Shown: positions 54,996 to 64,000 of the stretch, piece after piece
Position numbering within the stretch: position 1 is the first letter of the stretch
Layout of the letters: each line of letters opens with the position of its first letter
Source: a virus
Taxonomy: Duplodnaviria; Caudoviricetes
Direction: 5' to 3' (one strand)
Virus record (IMG/VR): IMGVR_UViG_3300032248_000171
Span: 38,130 to 102,129 of that record
DNA: 64,000 nucleotides
Notes under the pieces: model-generated
What the model saw: only the letters and a program-made list of their open reading frames with translations
Told to the model about the DNA's origin: nothing
Database searches by the model: none
Made by a program: the position numbers and the translations under genes

Positions 54996-57900
54996 TGAGA
55001 TACGGAAACATCATAAAATCATATGAAATACCATTCAAACAGTGGTCTCCTGCTCGTCAGGCACAGTGGAAGAATGGTATGCTCAAAAATCTCCTGGAAT
55101 TTAACAGGGGAATTGTTGCTGTTTCTTATGGTGTTGAGTATGACCAAGTTACTCCTATTATATTTGGAGCATTAGGTAAGTCGGATAAAGAATTCCCAAT
55201 CCCTCTCGATGGTACACTTTCTCCAACGGATTCACGGGGTTTACAGCAGGGGAAAGAGTATGCCTGTCTTCTCTGGGAGTATTTTGTTGGTGTTAACTTA
55301 CTAGAAACACCAAAGGTTTTAGAACCACCAGCAAATCCACTGAATAATCAGAACACTGAACCAGTAGTTAAAGAACCACAAAAAGAAGTTCTACCCGAAC
55401 CAGTTCTACCCGAACCAGCGAAGCAAGATGCTTTGCAGGAAGATGATGGCGAACAAGAAGAAAAAGAAACCATCAAGGAAGTTACAAAACTCACTGATGA
55501 GATAGACAAAGAAGACGATAAGAAATCTAGTCCCAAAGAAGAAGATAACGATAAAGATTTTGATAAAATTAGTGATGCTTTAAAAAATATTAAAGGATCT
55601 ATAAGTTCGCAGGCATCTATTGTCACTGCAATCTCTAACACAAACTCTGGGTCTATACAAACCTTGGGATTGATTAAAGATATCTTCACTACTCAGAATG
55701 AACTTATTAAAAAACAGTTTGAAGATGAAGAGTCTAGACAAAATGAAGCTGCTGTAGAACAAAGCACTAAGAATAGTGGGTCAGTTAAATCAACATCCAC
55801 TATGGACACTGGCAATGCTAGTGGGGAAATTATTAAAATAGATGGTGATGTATTAACTGTTAAACCAACCGAAGGATCTTTCCAAGAAGGTCAACAGATT
55901 TCTTCTGGTGGTGGTGGATTTGATTTGTTCGGAATGTTAAAAGGTATCGCAGGAAAATTTGGAAAGGGTAAAGGAGGTGGCGGTGGAGGAGGATCTCCAA
56001 TTAAAATGTCAATGGGTGGATTTTTAAACACTGCATATCCTGCTATGGCCAAAGGAGGAATATCTCCAGGCATATATGATAAACCAACCAGAGGAAATCT
56101 AATGCCTGGACAGGCAGTCATTCCTTTGAATAGAAATATAGGAAAGAATTTAGACCCTAGAAAAAAAGTATTAAACAAATCACAACCATTTGCTGATGTT
56201 ATGCAGACACCAGTGAAAGCAATAGGTGCTGCTATTATTGCTACGGCTGGTAATTTTATCAGAGCACTTGGACCATTGGGTGGATTCTTTGCTCCGTATA
56301 TTACTTCTTTGATTAATCCAATGGGTCTTGTTTTGGGACTCAGTACTTCAGTAATTGAGAGTATTCTTGGTGGTCCCGCATATGCTGCTGCATTAGATCA
56401 AGACAAACAACAGAATGTTTTTGCAAAATTGTGGTCTGATTTGATGAAAGTATTTGGATTTAATTTTGATGCAGACAAAGAAGATAAAAAAGATAAAAAA
56501 AATAATACAAACAATAATATAACTGCTGATAATATAGATGGTACAACTGCTGAAAGGGCAGCAAAAGTTGCTACTCAATTAATGAGTTCTCTTGGATTGA
56601 AAGATTTTCAAGCAGCTGGTATTGTTGGCAACTTACTTGCAGAAAGTGGGTTGGAAGCAGCAAGAGTTCAAGATACACCAGCAGGACAGAAGGGATTGTT
56701 GAAAGTTGATGGTTATACTGGATATGGTTACGCGCAGTGGACTTCTGCTGGTAGGCAACAAGCTCTATGGGACTATGCAAAATCAAAAGGTGTAGATCCA
56801 GCAACACAACCATTAACTGATGGCGTCAATCTTGGTTATTTGGTAAAAGAACTAAAAGAAAGTTATAGTGGTGTTGTGAGTGGTTTAAAATCTAGTACGT
56901 CGTTACAGGAAGCTTCAAATGTAGTATTGTTTGACTTCGAATCACCTAGAAATCAAGGTCCATCTGTACAAACGGCTAGAGCAAGCAAAGGTAAAGCAGT
57001 ATTAGATAAAATGTCTGCCGAATCTGGAGGAATGTTCAACTCTCCATATTCTGGTGATGCTTTTACTTTAAGTGGACCAAATAGTGGATATGATGTGCCT
57101 GCCTTAGGTATAGAAATGCATGGTAAAGAAATTGTGGTTCCAAATGAATATGAAAATGGATTCACTGTTCTGCCTGTGGAAAATAATAGGTTCAGTTTAA
57201 AAAATGACCCTCTACGCACTCTAATGCAGTGGAAAAATATCTTTTCCAGCAAATCAAAACCAGTTGATCCTGGTATTGGTTCCCGACCAAAATTTGCAGC
57301 AGGTGGTAAGGTTACTTTATATGCTGGTCATGCTGATATGACATCAGATTCTCCAGGTGGAAAGGGAACTAATGGTGGAGCAGATGGAGGAGCTCCAAAG
57401 ATTGCAGATGCTTCTGGGTATTTTACAACAGAAGCATATCTAAATGATAAGATTGCTGCTGCAGCTGCTGCTAAATCAGGTGGCATGGCAGAATATAGAG
57501 CACCAATTAAAACAAGGAATGGTAGTGATTCCAAGAGCAACTGGGAGAGAGCAAGGAAAGATGCTGCTGGTGGCAACTCTCCTATTGAAATTCACCACGA
57601 TGCAGAGAGTGGTCATGGTGGTATGATAGCAACGGATCAGCAGTCAATAAACAAAAACAAATTCTTTAAGGGAGTAAATGATTCCTTTGGATTCTATCGT
57701 ACTGGCAACGAAGGGTTTGTTAGTAGAGGTGGAACTATATTAGAAATGGCAGCATTGAGTAAGAGCATCAGACAAAATCCTAGTTCTTGGATATCTTCTG
57801 CATCCACTCAACTAGCAGATGCTATTAAGAAAGGTGCAGGAATGAAAGTAGATGATACAAATTCTAATGATACAACTAACCAAACATCTCCATCTGAATC

Positions 57901-58225
57901 TACACAATCAGAGGATCCTTTTGTTAACATGGAGAATGCTATTAAATCTATGAGTGTTGGATTTGGATTGTCTGCTGCTGTTAGAGATGGATCTGTAACA
58001 GACGAAGCATCATTCAAAGCAATGCAAACTCGTCTTACTGCTGCAGCTGGAGCAGAAGTAACCACTCCAAAAACTCCAACGATAACACCATCCAAACAAG
58101 CGGCTCCTTCTAATGTTCATGTTGTATCTAAAGGTTCTGAAAAAGTAATTATGGTTGGCAGTGGAAGCAACGCTAAACAAGTTGGCACAATGTTAAACAA
58201 TCTATGTGTACCAAACTACGGATAA
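54995..58225 (+). CDS. Tape-measure/hub-like tail protein with phage-tail lysozyme and amidase domains
   Basis: AAGIVGNLLAESGL...GYGYAQWT (lysozyme); LYAGH..TE...IEIHHD...ILEM (Amidase_3-type Zn ligands). Confidence 0.75.
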   Translation: MRYGNIIKSYEIPFKQWSPARQAQWKNGMLKNLLEFNRGIVAVSYGVEYDQVTPIIFGALGKSDKEFPIPLDGTLSPTDSRGLQQGKEYACLLWEYFVGVNLLETPKVLEPPANPLNNQNTEPVVKEPQKEVLPEPVLPEPAKQDALQEDDGEQEEKETIKEVTKLTDEIDKEDDKKSSPKEEDNDKDFDKISDALKNIKGSISSQASIVTAISNTNSGSIQTLGLIKDIFTTQNELIKKQFEDEESRQNEAAVEQSTKNSGSVKSTSTMDTGNASGEIIKIDGDVLTVKPTEGSFQEGQQISSGGGGFDLFGMLKGIAGKFGKGKGGGGGGGSPIKMSMGGFLNTAYPAMAKGGISPGIYDKPTRGNLMPGQAVIPLNRNIGKNLDPRKKVLNKSQPFADVMQTPVKAIGAAIIATAGNFIRALGPLGGFFAPYITSLINPMGLVLGLSTSVIESILGGPAYAAALDQDKQQNVFAKLWSDLMKVFGFNFDADKEDKKDKKNNTNNNITADNIDGTTAERAAKVATQLMSSLGLKDFQAAGIVGNLLAESGLEAARVQDTPAGQKGLLKVDGYTGYGYAQWTSAGRQQALWDYAKSKGVDPATQPLTDGVNLGYLVKELKESYSGVVSGLKSSTSLQEASNVVLFDFESPRNQGPSVQTARASKGKAVLDKMSAESGGMFNSPYSGDAFTLSGPNSGYDVPALGIEMHGKEIVVPNEYENGFTVLPVENNRFSLKNDPLRTLMQWKNIFSSKSKPVDPGIGSRPKFAAGGKVTLYAGHADMTSDSPGGKGTNGGADGGAPKIADASGYFTTEAYLNDKIAAAAAAKSGGMAEYRAPIKTRNGSDSKSNWERARKDAAGGNSPIEIHHDAESGHGGMIATDQQSINKNKFFKGVNDSFGFYRTGNEGFVSRGGTILEMAALSKSIRQNPSSWISSASTQLADAIKKGAGMKVDDTNSNDTTNQTSPSESTQSEDPFVNMENAIKSMSVGFGLSAAVRDGSVTDEASFKAMQTRLTAAAGAEVTTPKTPTITPSKQAAPSNVHVVSKGSEKVIMVGSGSNAKQVGTMLNNLCVPNYG
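55388..55417 (+). repeat. Perfect 15-bp tandem repeat (VLPEP twice)
   Basis: GTTCTACCCGAACCA occurs twice in tandem. Confidence 0.85.
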
Positions 58226-58248
58226 ATATGTCAGGAAGGTATAACTAA

Positions 58249-61200
58249 ATGGCGGCAGGATCTGTAAATTCAACATCAACGTATGTGGAAGGTAAAAGTT
58301 TTAGCTTTGCTAAGACAGTTGCTTCTAAGGTGCTTGATGCTGCCTATGCTGCGAAGGATAAAAAGAAAAAGATAAATGCTTCTGGTCATGAAGCACCGAA
58401 AGGATTGTTTGCTAATGAATTAAAGAAGCAATTCATTACCAATCCATATAAAGATTTTACTAAAAAGATAAACAAAAATATTGAAAAGAAAGCAAAGTTT
58501 GTTGGTCTTTTCAGTGATAGTGGTGAAAAATTTATAAACAAATTTCAGATAGGAAAAAAGAAACCACCTACGAAACCAAGTAAACCATCTGATTCTCCTA
58601 AAAGTGGAGGAGGTGGTGGTGGCGCTGGTCTGTCTGGTATTGGTTCTATTGTTTTAGATATAGAACAACTTGCAAATTCATTTAGTAATCTTACGAGTTT
58701 GTTTAATACAAATCTTGGATTGACATACAAGATGAGTGGTGGACTTGCTGACATAAAAAATATTTTATCAGAACAACTTTCACTACAAAAGGAAAAGATA
58801 TCTAGAGATGAGATGCGAGCAAGAGAAGCATCTTTAGAAAATTCTCAACAAAATTCTGGTTCGGTCTCTTCCACTTCTACTATAAGAGACCAAGGATTGT
58901 TGGAGATGTTTGGTGATTTTAAAAATATCATTAACATGATTAAATCATTGCCAGAAATGTTTGGTGGATTATTTAAAAGTATTATTTCAAAATTTCCTGG
59001 TGGTAAATCTTTACTGGCAAAATTTGGCAAAGGGGCAGCAGTTGCTGGTGTGGAAGGAGCAGCAGAAGCAGGAGGAAAAGGATTACTGAAAGGATTATTT
59101 AGAAATTTTCTCAAACCTCTAAGGGGAGTTTTTAAAGCTATTCCTTTTGGTCTTGGAGGTCTTTTTGATTTTGCTCTTAACTTAGCATTAGGTGAAAATC
59201 CTGGTAGGGCAGCTGCCAAAGCAATTGGTTCAACCATTGGTTCTTCATTGGGTGCAATGGTTGCTGGAGCATTAGGACTTGCTGGCGGTCCAGCAGCAAT
59301 TGCTACTGGTGCCGTTGGAGCAATCTTAGGTGGAACAATAGGTGATTGGTTGGGTGGTGCTGCCTATGATATGTTTGCTCCTAAAGATAATAAGATGGCT
59401 GCTGGTGGCGTGATGATTGGTGAGGCAGGACCAGAGATGGTCACTCCATTAAACTCTGCTATGGGTCAAGGAATGATGGGTGGTGATGCATTAGATGATG
59501 CATATGCTCAACCATATAATGCTGTGGCTGGTGGTATGCTAGCAGTAACCAAAGATTTTGTTGAGGGTATGGGACCAATTGGATCGATGGTTGCTCCTGC
59601 TATACAAAACGATGTTGATAAATTGGGTAGAGTATTTGATATTCCCTCCACCTCCACAAATATAGAAGTTGGTGGAGCAAATCTAAGAGCAAATCCTCTT
59701 GCGGAAAGAGAAGGTAAAAAATACATGCAAGATTTGGTTGAAGGATCTCTAAAAAAACTTTCTCCTGAGAAGAAAAAAGATAAACAATCATCTACTGGAA
59801 GCAGTGGTGGTTCGGGAGGTACTACTCCCTCGTCTAGTGATGAAACAGGAGGTAATACTCCCGCAGATAGTGGTACTACACCAACAGCAGCACCAACTAA
59901 ACCTGCCGAAACTAATGATCAGTATGCTCAAAGACAATTAAAAGAAACTGTTTCAGGAGTCAACCCCACTATGGTTCCTGCTGCAAATACTCAGGGATAT
60001 ACTACCATTGATCAATTTAATGTTGCTAACCCTAATTTTGAGAGAGTTAAGTATGATACTGGTAATGTTGCTGAAGGATATTTTTATGATTCCAAAGGAA
60101 ACATTTATCAAATTAAAGAAGATGGAACCAGAAGAGTTATATCAAATGATAAAACAATTTTAAAAAAAGGAGTACCAAATGGGTGGATGAATGAAAGAAT
60201 GAATTTCTTCCAAAGAAATTTGAGAGATGGTAGAGTAACTCTTTCACATAAACCAACGATTGGAGCATATGATTACGCATCCAATGGTGTTTACACTAGA
60301 AAGCAAAGGTTGAGTGCGTGGGCAGATGAAAGTAATCCTGGTGCAGCGAGCAACATGGAAACTTATGCTCAGATAACACCAGTTTCTAAGTATGATCCAA
60401 CTGGAACAAAATTCAATGCTTCTCAACCATATGGACCTGTTCCACAAACTAGTATGGGCAGACCAAATGATCCAGGCAAAGGAAAAGCAGAATCGGGTAT
60501 CAAAGCAGTTCTAACTTTAAGTGGGGGCACATGGCCTAATCTTCCTGTGCATTCTTTTGCTGAAACAAAACCTCATCATGGTGGTGGTGACCAAAGTGAT
60601 GGTGCTGGTGGATTTAAAAGAGATTATCTATTACAGAAACCAAATGCAAAGGATGGTGTTCTTGCTGGTCCTAGTCATAAAGGAGCACCAGTTCCTGCTG
60701 GTATGAATGGTTATGCTGAGGTAGAAGGTGGAAGTGTTAATGCAGTTAGAATCTGGGATAAACCCGCCAGCGATCCTACTCGTAAAATGAGAGCAAGATT
60801 TCTACACTTTGATAGTATAAGAGTGAAGACAGGAGATCAAGTTAATCCAGGAACTATACTCGGTGGTCAAGGTAATAAACCAAACTACGATGCATACCAT
60901 GTTCATCTAGAAGCATCAGCAAAAGACCAAGACCAATGGATTAAAACAGTTGATGCTATGATTGCTGGTGGTCAGTTACCATCTGATTCTGAAAATCCAT
61001 CCGACCCAGGTGTTCAAACATCTGATGACCCATTTGAGGCAATGAATCAAGCAATTCAAAAGCTATCTGTTGGTCTTGGATTATCTGCTGCTGTACAGAA
61101 GGGCATGGTAACAGATGAAGCATCATTCAAATCATTACAAGATAAATTAAGCACTGCTGCTGCTGATAAATCTCCATCTGCTGCTTCGGATAAAGCATCA

Positions 61201-61497
61201 GCACCAGCACATTTCGAAAGAGCTGGTGGTGGTGGGGGTGCGGGCGGAAGTAGCACTCAACCATCTCCTGCAGCACCACCAAGACCTGCTGCGACCCCAA
61301 TGGGGGCATCGGGACCAGCACCCGCTACACAATCGCCACAGGTGGCAGTGGTGGGCGCTCCTGTTGCTGCATCATCTCAAGTTGCGGTCCCTTCATCTAG
61401 ACCTAACATGACTCCTGCTGGGATGAGCGATGATTCTTTTGCCAGCCTAGATAGCACTGCAATGACATTAAAACCATTTACTTACTGGGTATCATAA
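58249..61497 (+). CDS. Paralogous tape-measure/hub-like tail protein with an M23-like peptidase domain
   Basis: Gly/Ala hydrophobic region; FLHFDSIRVKTGDQVNPGTILGGQG...HVHLE. Confidence 0.72.
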   Translation: MAAGSVNSTSTYVEGKSFSFAKTVASKVLDAAYAAKDKKKKINASGHEAPKGLFANELKKQFITNPYKDFTKKINKNIEKKAKFVGLFSDSGEKFINKFQIGKKKPPTKPSKPSDSPKSGGGGGGAGLSGIGSIVLDIEQLANSFSNLTSLFNTNLGLTYKMSGGLADIKNILSEQLSLQKEKISRDEMRAREASLENSQQNSGSVSSTSTIRDQGLLEMFGDFKNIINMIKSLPEMFGGLFKSIISKFPGGKSLLAKFGKGAAVAGVEGAAEAGGKGLLKGLFRNFLKPLRGVFKAIPFGLGGLFDFALNLALGENPGRAAAKAIGSTIGSSLGAMVAGALGLAGGPAAIATGAVGAILGGTIGDWLGGAAYDMFAPKDNKMAAGGVMIGEAGPEMVTPLNSAMGQGMMGGDALDDAYAQPYNAVAGGMLAVTKDFVEGMGPIGSMVAPAIQNDVDKLGRVFDIPSTSTNIEVGGANLRANPLAEREGKKYMQDLVEGSLKKLSPEKKKDKQSSTGSSGGSGGTTPSSSDETGGNTPADSGTTPTAAPTKPAETNDQYAQRQLKETVSGVNPTMVPAANTQGYTTIDQFNVANPNFERVKYDTGNVAEGYFYDSKGNIYQIKEDGTRRVISNDKTILKKGVPNGWMNERMNFFQRNLRDGRVTLSHKPTIGAYDYASNGVYTRKQRLSAWADESNPGAASNMETYAQITPVSKYDPTGTKFNASQPYGPVPQTSMGRPNDPGKGKAESGIKAVLTLSGGTWPNLPVHSFAETKPHHGGGDQSDGAGGFKRDYLLQKPNAKDGVLAGPSHKGAPVPAGMNGYAEVEGGSVNAVRIWDKPASDPTRKMRARFLHFDSIRVKTGDQVNPGTILGGQGNKPNYDAYHVHLEASAKDQDQWIKTVDAMIAGGQLPSDSENPSDPGVQTSDDPFEAMNQAIQKLSVGLGLSAAVQKGMVTDEASFKSLQDKLSTAAADKSPSAASDKASAPAHFERAGGGGGAGGSSTQPSPAAPPRPAATPMGASGPAPATQSPQVAVVGAPVAASSQVAVPSSRPNMTPAGMSDDSFASLDSTAMTLKPFTYWVS

Positions 61498-62963
61498 TGG
61501 TGCAAACTAATCCCTACTTAAACAAATATTCTCTGTCATCTGATGTAGTATTAACTGCTAATGATGGTAAAAAATATACTTTAGCATCAGTTGATGCATC
61601 CAAAAAAGATGTAGAGATAATGTACATGACAATATATGAGTCAATCGATACTCCATATCTGTTGGCAGAAATGAACATTACTGATGTGGCATTGAACCTA
61701 GTTGGATCTATTCCTTTGCAAGGTATGGAAAAGATTACCTTTGGAATCAAGACACCATATTATTCAGACAAAGAATACAAGTATGAATTTAGAATTTATT
61801 CTATTCGCAATAGATTTGTCAATAATAAAATTCAAAACTACACTCTAGATTTAATTAGTTACGAGGGATTACGCAACGAAGCCACCAGGGTGGGTGGAGT
61901 TCTTATGGGAACAGGTGATAAGATTGTCAAGGATGTTCTCACAAAATATCTTGGTGTAACAACTAAGGTAAACGATGCACAGATGGAAGCATGTCAATAC
62001 AGAATGAAGATGATTCCATCCAACAAGAGACCATTTGATTTGATTGCTTCTATCTTACCAAAGTGTATATCATCTTCCTCTAAATCTTCTGCTGATAAAG
62101 GATTAAAATCTTCATTCGGCACCAAAGAAAAGACAACCTCCAACACAAGTACTCCATCCAAAGATGCTGCTGAAAATATTACTGGTAGTGCTGGGTATTG
62201 TTTCTGGGAAACACAGGAAGGATATAAATTTAAATCTATAGATAAGTTGTGTTCAAGTGGTGGACAATTTGGTGGTGATGCACCTAAGGGTACTTTCGTG
62301 TATCAGATGGCAAATGTGGACAACCAAGATAGTGGTAGAAACATCATTGAATACAATTATATCAACGAGATTGATGTGATGAAGAAGATGAGGCATGGCA
62401 CTTACTCTTCTATGATGGTGTTCTTCAACCCATCTACTGGTCAGTATGAAGAGTATGTCTATGATATCGAGAGAGCATACAAAGGTATGGCACATCTCGG
62501 AAAGGAAGAAAAGATACCAGATGGCCCACTGCAGCTGTCTAAATATCCTACGAGGATCATGACACAAATTATTGACGATGAAACTTTTTATAATGGTACT
62601 GGTATTGCATCTATAGATTCTAAAAATAACACTGGATCTGGTACAGATTTTCCAGATTTCAAAAAATATTATGCTGCTCAATCAGTTAGTAGAACACTAT
62701 TGATGAGCAATCAACAATTGAATATTACTATAGCAGGAAATCTCACATTGAGAGCAGGAGATAAGATAGTCGTTAAGTTACCAAAAGTTACTGTTAGTGA
62801 CAAAAAAGAAGATAGTCCCTATGACAAACAACATAGCGGAACATATTTAATCAAAAGTATTTCATACGAGTTTAGTTTATCTAAAGGCAACCAATCAAAT
62901 GTTGCCGTATCAAATCTAACTTTAGTTAGAGATTCATTCGGTATATTCACTTCAGACATTTAG
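61497..62963 (+). CDS. Baseplate hub protein (gp27-like)
   Basis: YESID, FWETQEGYKFKSID, GNLTLRAGD and SGTYLI..I...F; lies just before gp5. Confidence 0.7.
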   Translation: MVQTNPYLNKYSLSSDVVLTANDGKKYTLASVDASKKDVEIMYMTIYESIDTPYLLAEMNITDVALNLVGSIPLQGMEKITFGIKTPYYSDKEYKYEFRIYSIRNRFVNNKIQNYTLDLISYEGLRNEATRVGGVLMGTGDKIVKDVLTKYLGVTTKVNDAQMEACQYRMKMIPSNKRPFDLIASILPKCISSSSKSSADKGLKSSFGTKEKTTSNTSTPSKDAAENITGSAGYCFWETQEGYKFKSIDKLCSSGGQFGGDAPKGTFVYQMANVDNQDSGRNIIEYNYINEIDVMKKMRHGTYSSMMVFFNPSTGQYEEYVYDIERAYKGMAHLGKEEKIPDGPLQLSKYPTRIMTQIIDDETFYNGTGIASIDSKNNTGSGTDFPDFKKYYAAQSVSRTLLMSNQQLNITIAGNLTLRAGDKIVVKLPKVTVSDKKEDSPYDKQHSGTYLIKSISYEFSLSKGNQSNVAVSNLTLVRDSFGIFTSDI

Positions 62964-62973
62964 GAGAAATAAA

Positions 62974-63183
62974 ATGTCAATCAAAAATTATATAGATAAA
63001 GGTAGAAAGATTGTTGATGACCCATTAGTGTCAGCACAATCTCGTCGTCATACAGAAGAAGAGTTAGAAAGATTGGAAAGATATAGTCAAAAACATCCAG
63101 ATACTGACGAGGTTCCATCACCACTGGAATTATTTTGTGATGAAAATCCAAGTGCAAAAGAATGTAAAATTTTTGACGTATGA
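62974..63183 (+). CDS. cp12: Phage CP12 (Calvin-cycle regulator)
   Basis: RRHTEEEL..LE.Y...HP...PSPLELFCDENPSAKECKIFD. Confidence 0.88.
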   Translation: MSIKNYIDKGRKIVDDPLVSAQSRRHTEEELERLERYSQKHPDTDEVPSPLELFCDENPSAKECKIFDV

Positions 63184-64000
63184 TACAAGAACTACTAGGG
63201 CAAACTAATTTTGTTGGGCGTGATGGTTTCTACTGGTGGATGGGTCAGGTAGAGACGGAGAAAGGCGAGCAACAGAAGGGTGATGACAGATACAAAGTAA
63301 GAATTGTTGGTCATCACTTGAAGGATTGCAATGCGGTTCCTCACGATGATCTGCCCTGGGCTATTGTAATGATGCCACCAACTGCTCCCAGAAGAGAAGG
63401 TAATGGTGATTATCATAGTGTAAAATATAAAGCAGGTGATTGGGTAGTTGGATTCTTCTTAGATGGTAAAGATGGGCAGCAACCAGTTATCATTGGATCA
63501 ATTGGTCAACAGGTTAATGCAACCACACAAGTAAATAAAGACAAACCAGATAGTAAGTGCTTAGCTTTCACCACCTTCGTTGAACAAGGTATCAATCCAG
63601 CATCGGGTGTTTCTGCTACACAGCAGGCACAATTACAGGCAGGTGGTGTGAGTGGGAATGGTGCTGCTGCTGGTGTCAATACAGCGGGGCAAGTAAATTT
63701 AAATAACCCAGTAAACAATACAAATCAAAATGCATCGGGACAGTTACTAGGGACCAAATGCTGCAACAGTGAAGTCAATCCTTCAGGGGAGTATTTCTGC
63801 GTAGGTATTGCGGATGCTAAATGTGATGCAGCACAGAATGACCAATCAAAATTTACTTCTGTTCTCACTGATTTATTTTATAATATTCAAGGTGCTGGTG
63901 GACAATATGGCACTAGAGTAGTAAGTAAGTACACTGGAAAACTTTATGACTATGTTGATATTGCACAAGGTTATATCAATAAAATAACTAAGATAGGTAG
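63180..64000 (+). CDS. gp5: Baseplate hub/tail spike gp5, 3'-truncated by the window edge (not in ORF track)
   Basis: MIQELLGQTNFVGRDGFYWWMGQVE...RYKVRIVGHH...DLPWA...WVVGFFLDGKDGQQPVIIGSIG; frame open to the end of the window. Confidence 0.92.
   Translation, partial: MIQELLGQTNFVGRDGFYWWMGQVETEKGEQQKGDDRYKVRIVGHHLKDCNAVPHDDLPWAIVMMPPTAPRREGNGDYHSVKYKAGDWVVGFFLDGKDGQQPVIIGSIGQQVNATTQVNKDKPDSKCLAFTTFVEQGINPASGVSATQQAQLQAGGVSGNGAAAGVNTAGQVNLNNPVNNTNQNASGQLLGTKCCNSEVNPSGEYFCVGIADAKCDAAQNDQSKFTSVLTDLFYNIQGAGGQYGTRVVSKYTGKLYDYVDIAQGYINKITKIG

Noticed and set aside
63195-63718. Minus-strand ORFs at the right edge
   Set aside because: They are antisense shadows of gp5, which is open on the plus strand from 63180 to the end of the window.
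1-64000. Stop-codon reassignment
   Set aside because: Core genes are full length in the standard code, and no suppressor anticodon (CTA, TCA, TTA) was seen.

Overview
This window is a 64-kb segment of a T4-like cyanomyophage genome. The porin, the D1 protein, the large tRNA set and the two lysins suggest a freshwater picocyanobacterial host; that host call is an inference. From left to right it contains: (1) a replication block (gp43 running off the left edge, uvsX, gp41, mazG); (2) a late cluster with a KxDG ligase-fold protein, a HxGH nucleotidyltransferase, an AT-rich nuclease-like gene and virion-type proteins; (3) gp61, nrdA and nrdB; (4) a lysis module; (5) a minus-strand operon of signal-peptide proteins ending in an SNase-type nuclease; (6) a ~7.5-kb tRNA region with 22 tRNAs and one tRNA-like element, a cyanobacterial porin, glutaredoxin and several unannotated structured RNAs; (7) two hli genes, a minus-strand three-gene cassette ending in a 2416-aa beta-propeller repeat protein, psbA and an HNH gene; (8) speD, rnh, thyX, a denV-like gene, phoH, an exonuclease, gp33 and gp32; (9) a baseplate/tail block (gp53, gp48, gp2, gp4, gp54-like, gp26, gp51, two paralogous ~1080-aa hydrolase-bearing proteins, a hub protein, CP12, and gp5 running off the right edge). 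The best leads are a probable -1 programmed frameshift fusing gp26 to a start-less gp51, the ligase-fold/nucleotidyltransferase/nuclease module, pseudoknot-rich ncRNAs in the tRNA cluster, and non-canonical tRNAs (long-variable-arm UAU, Thr-AGU). The giant propeller cassette is a further lead. All calls come from reading motifs by eye; no database searches were run.
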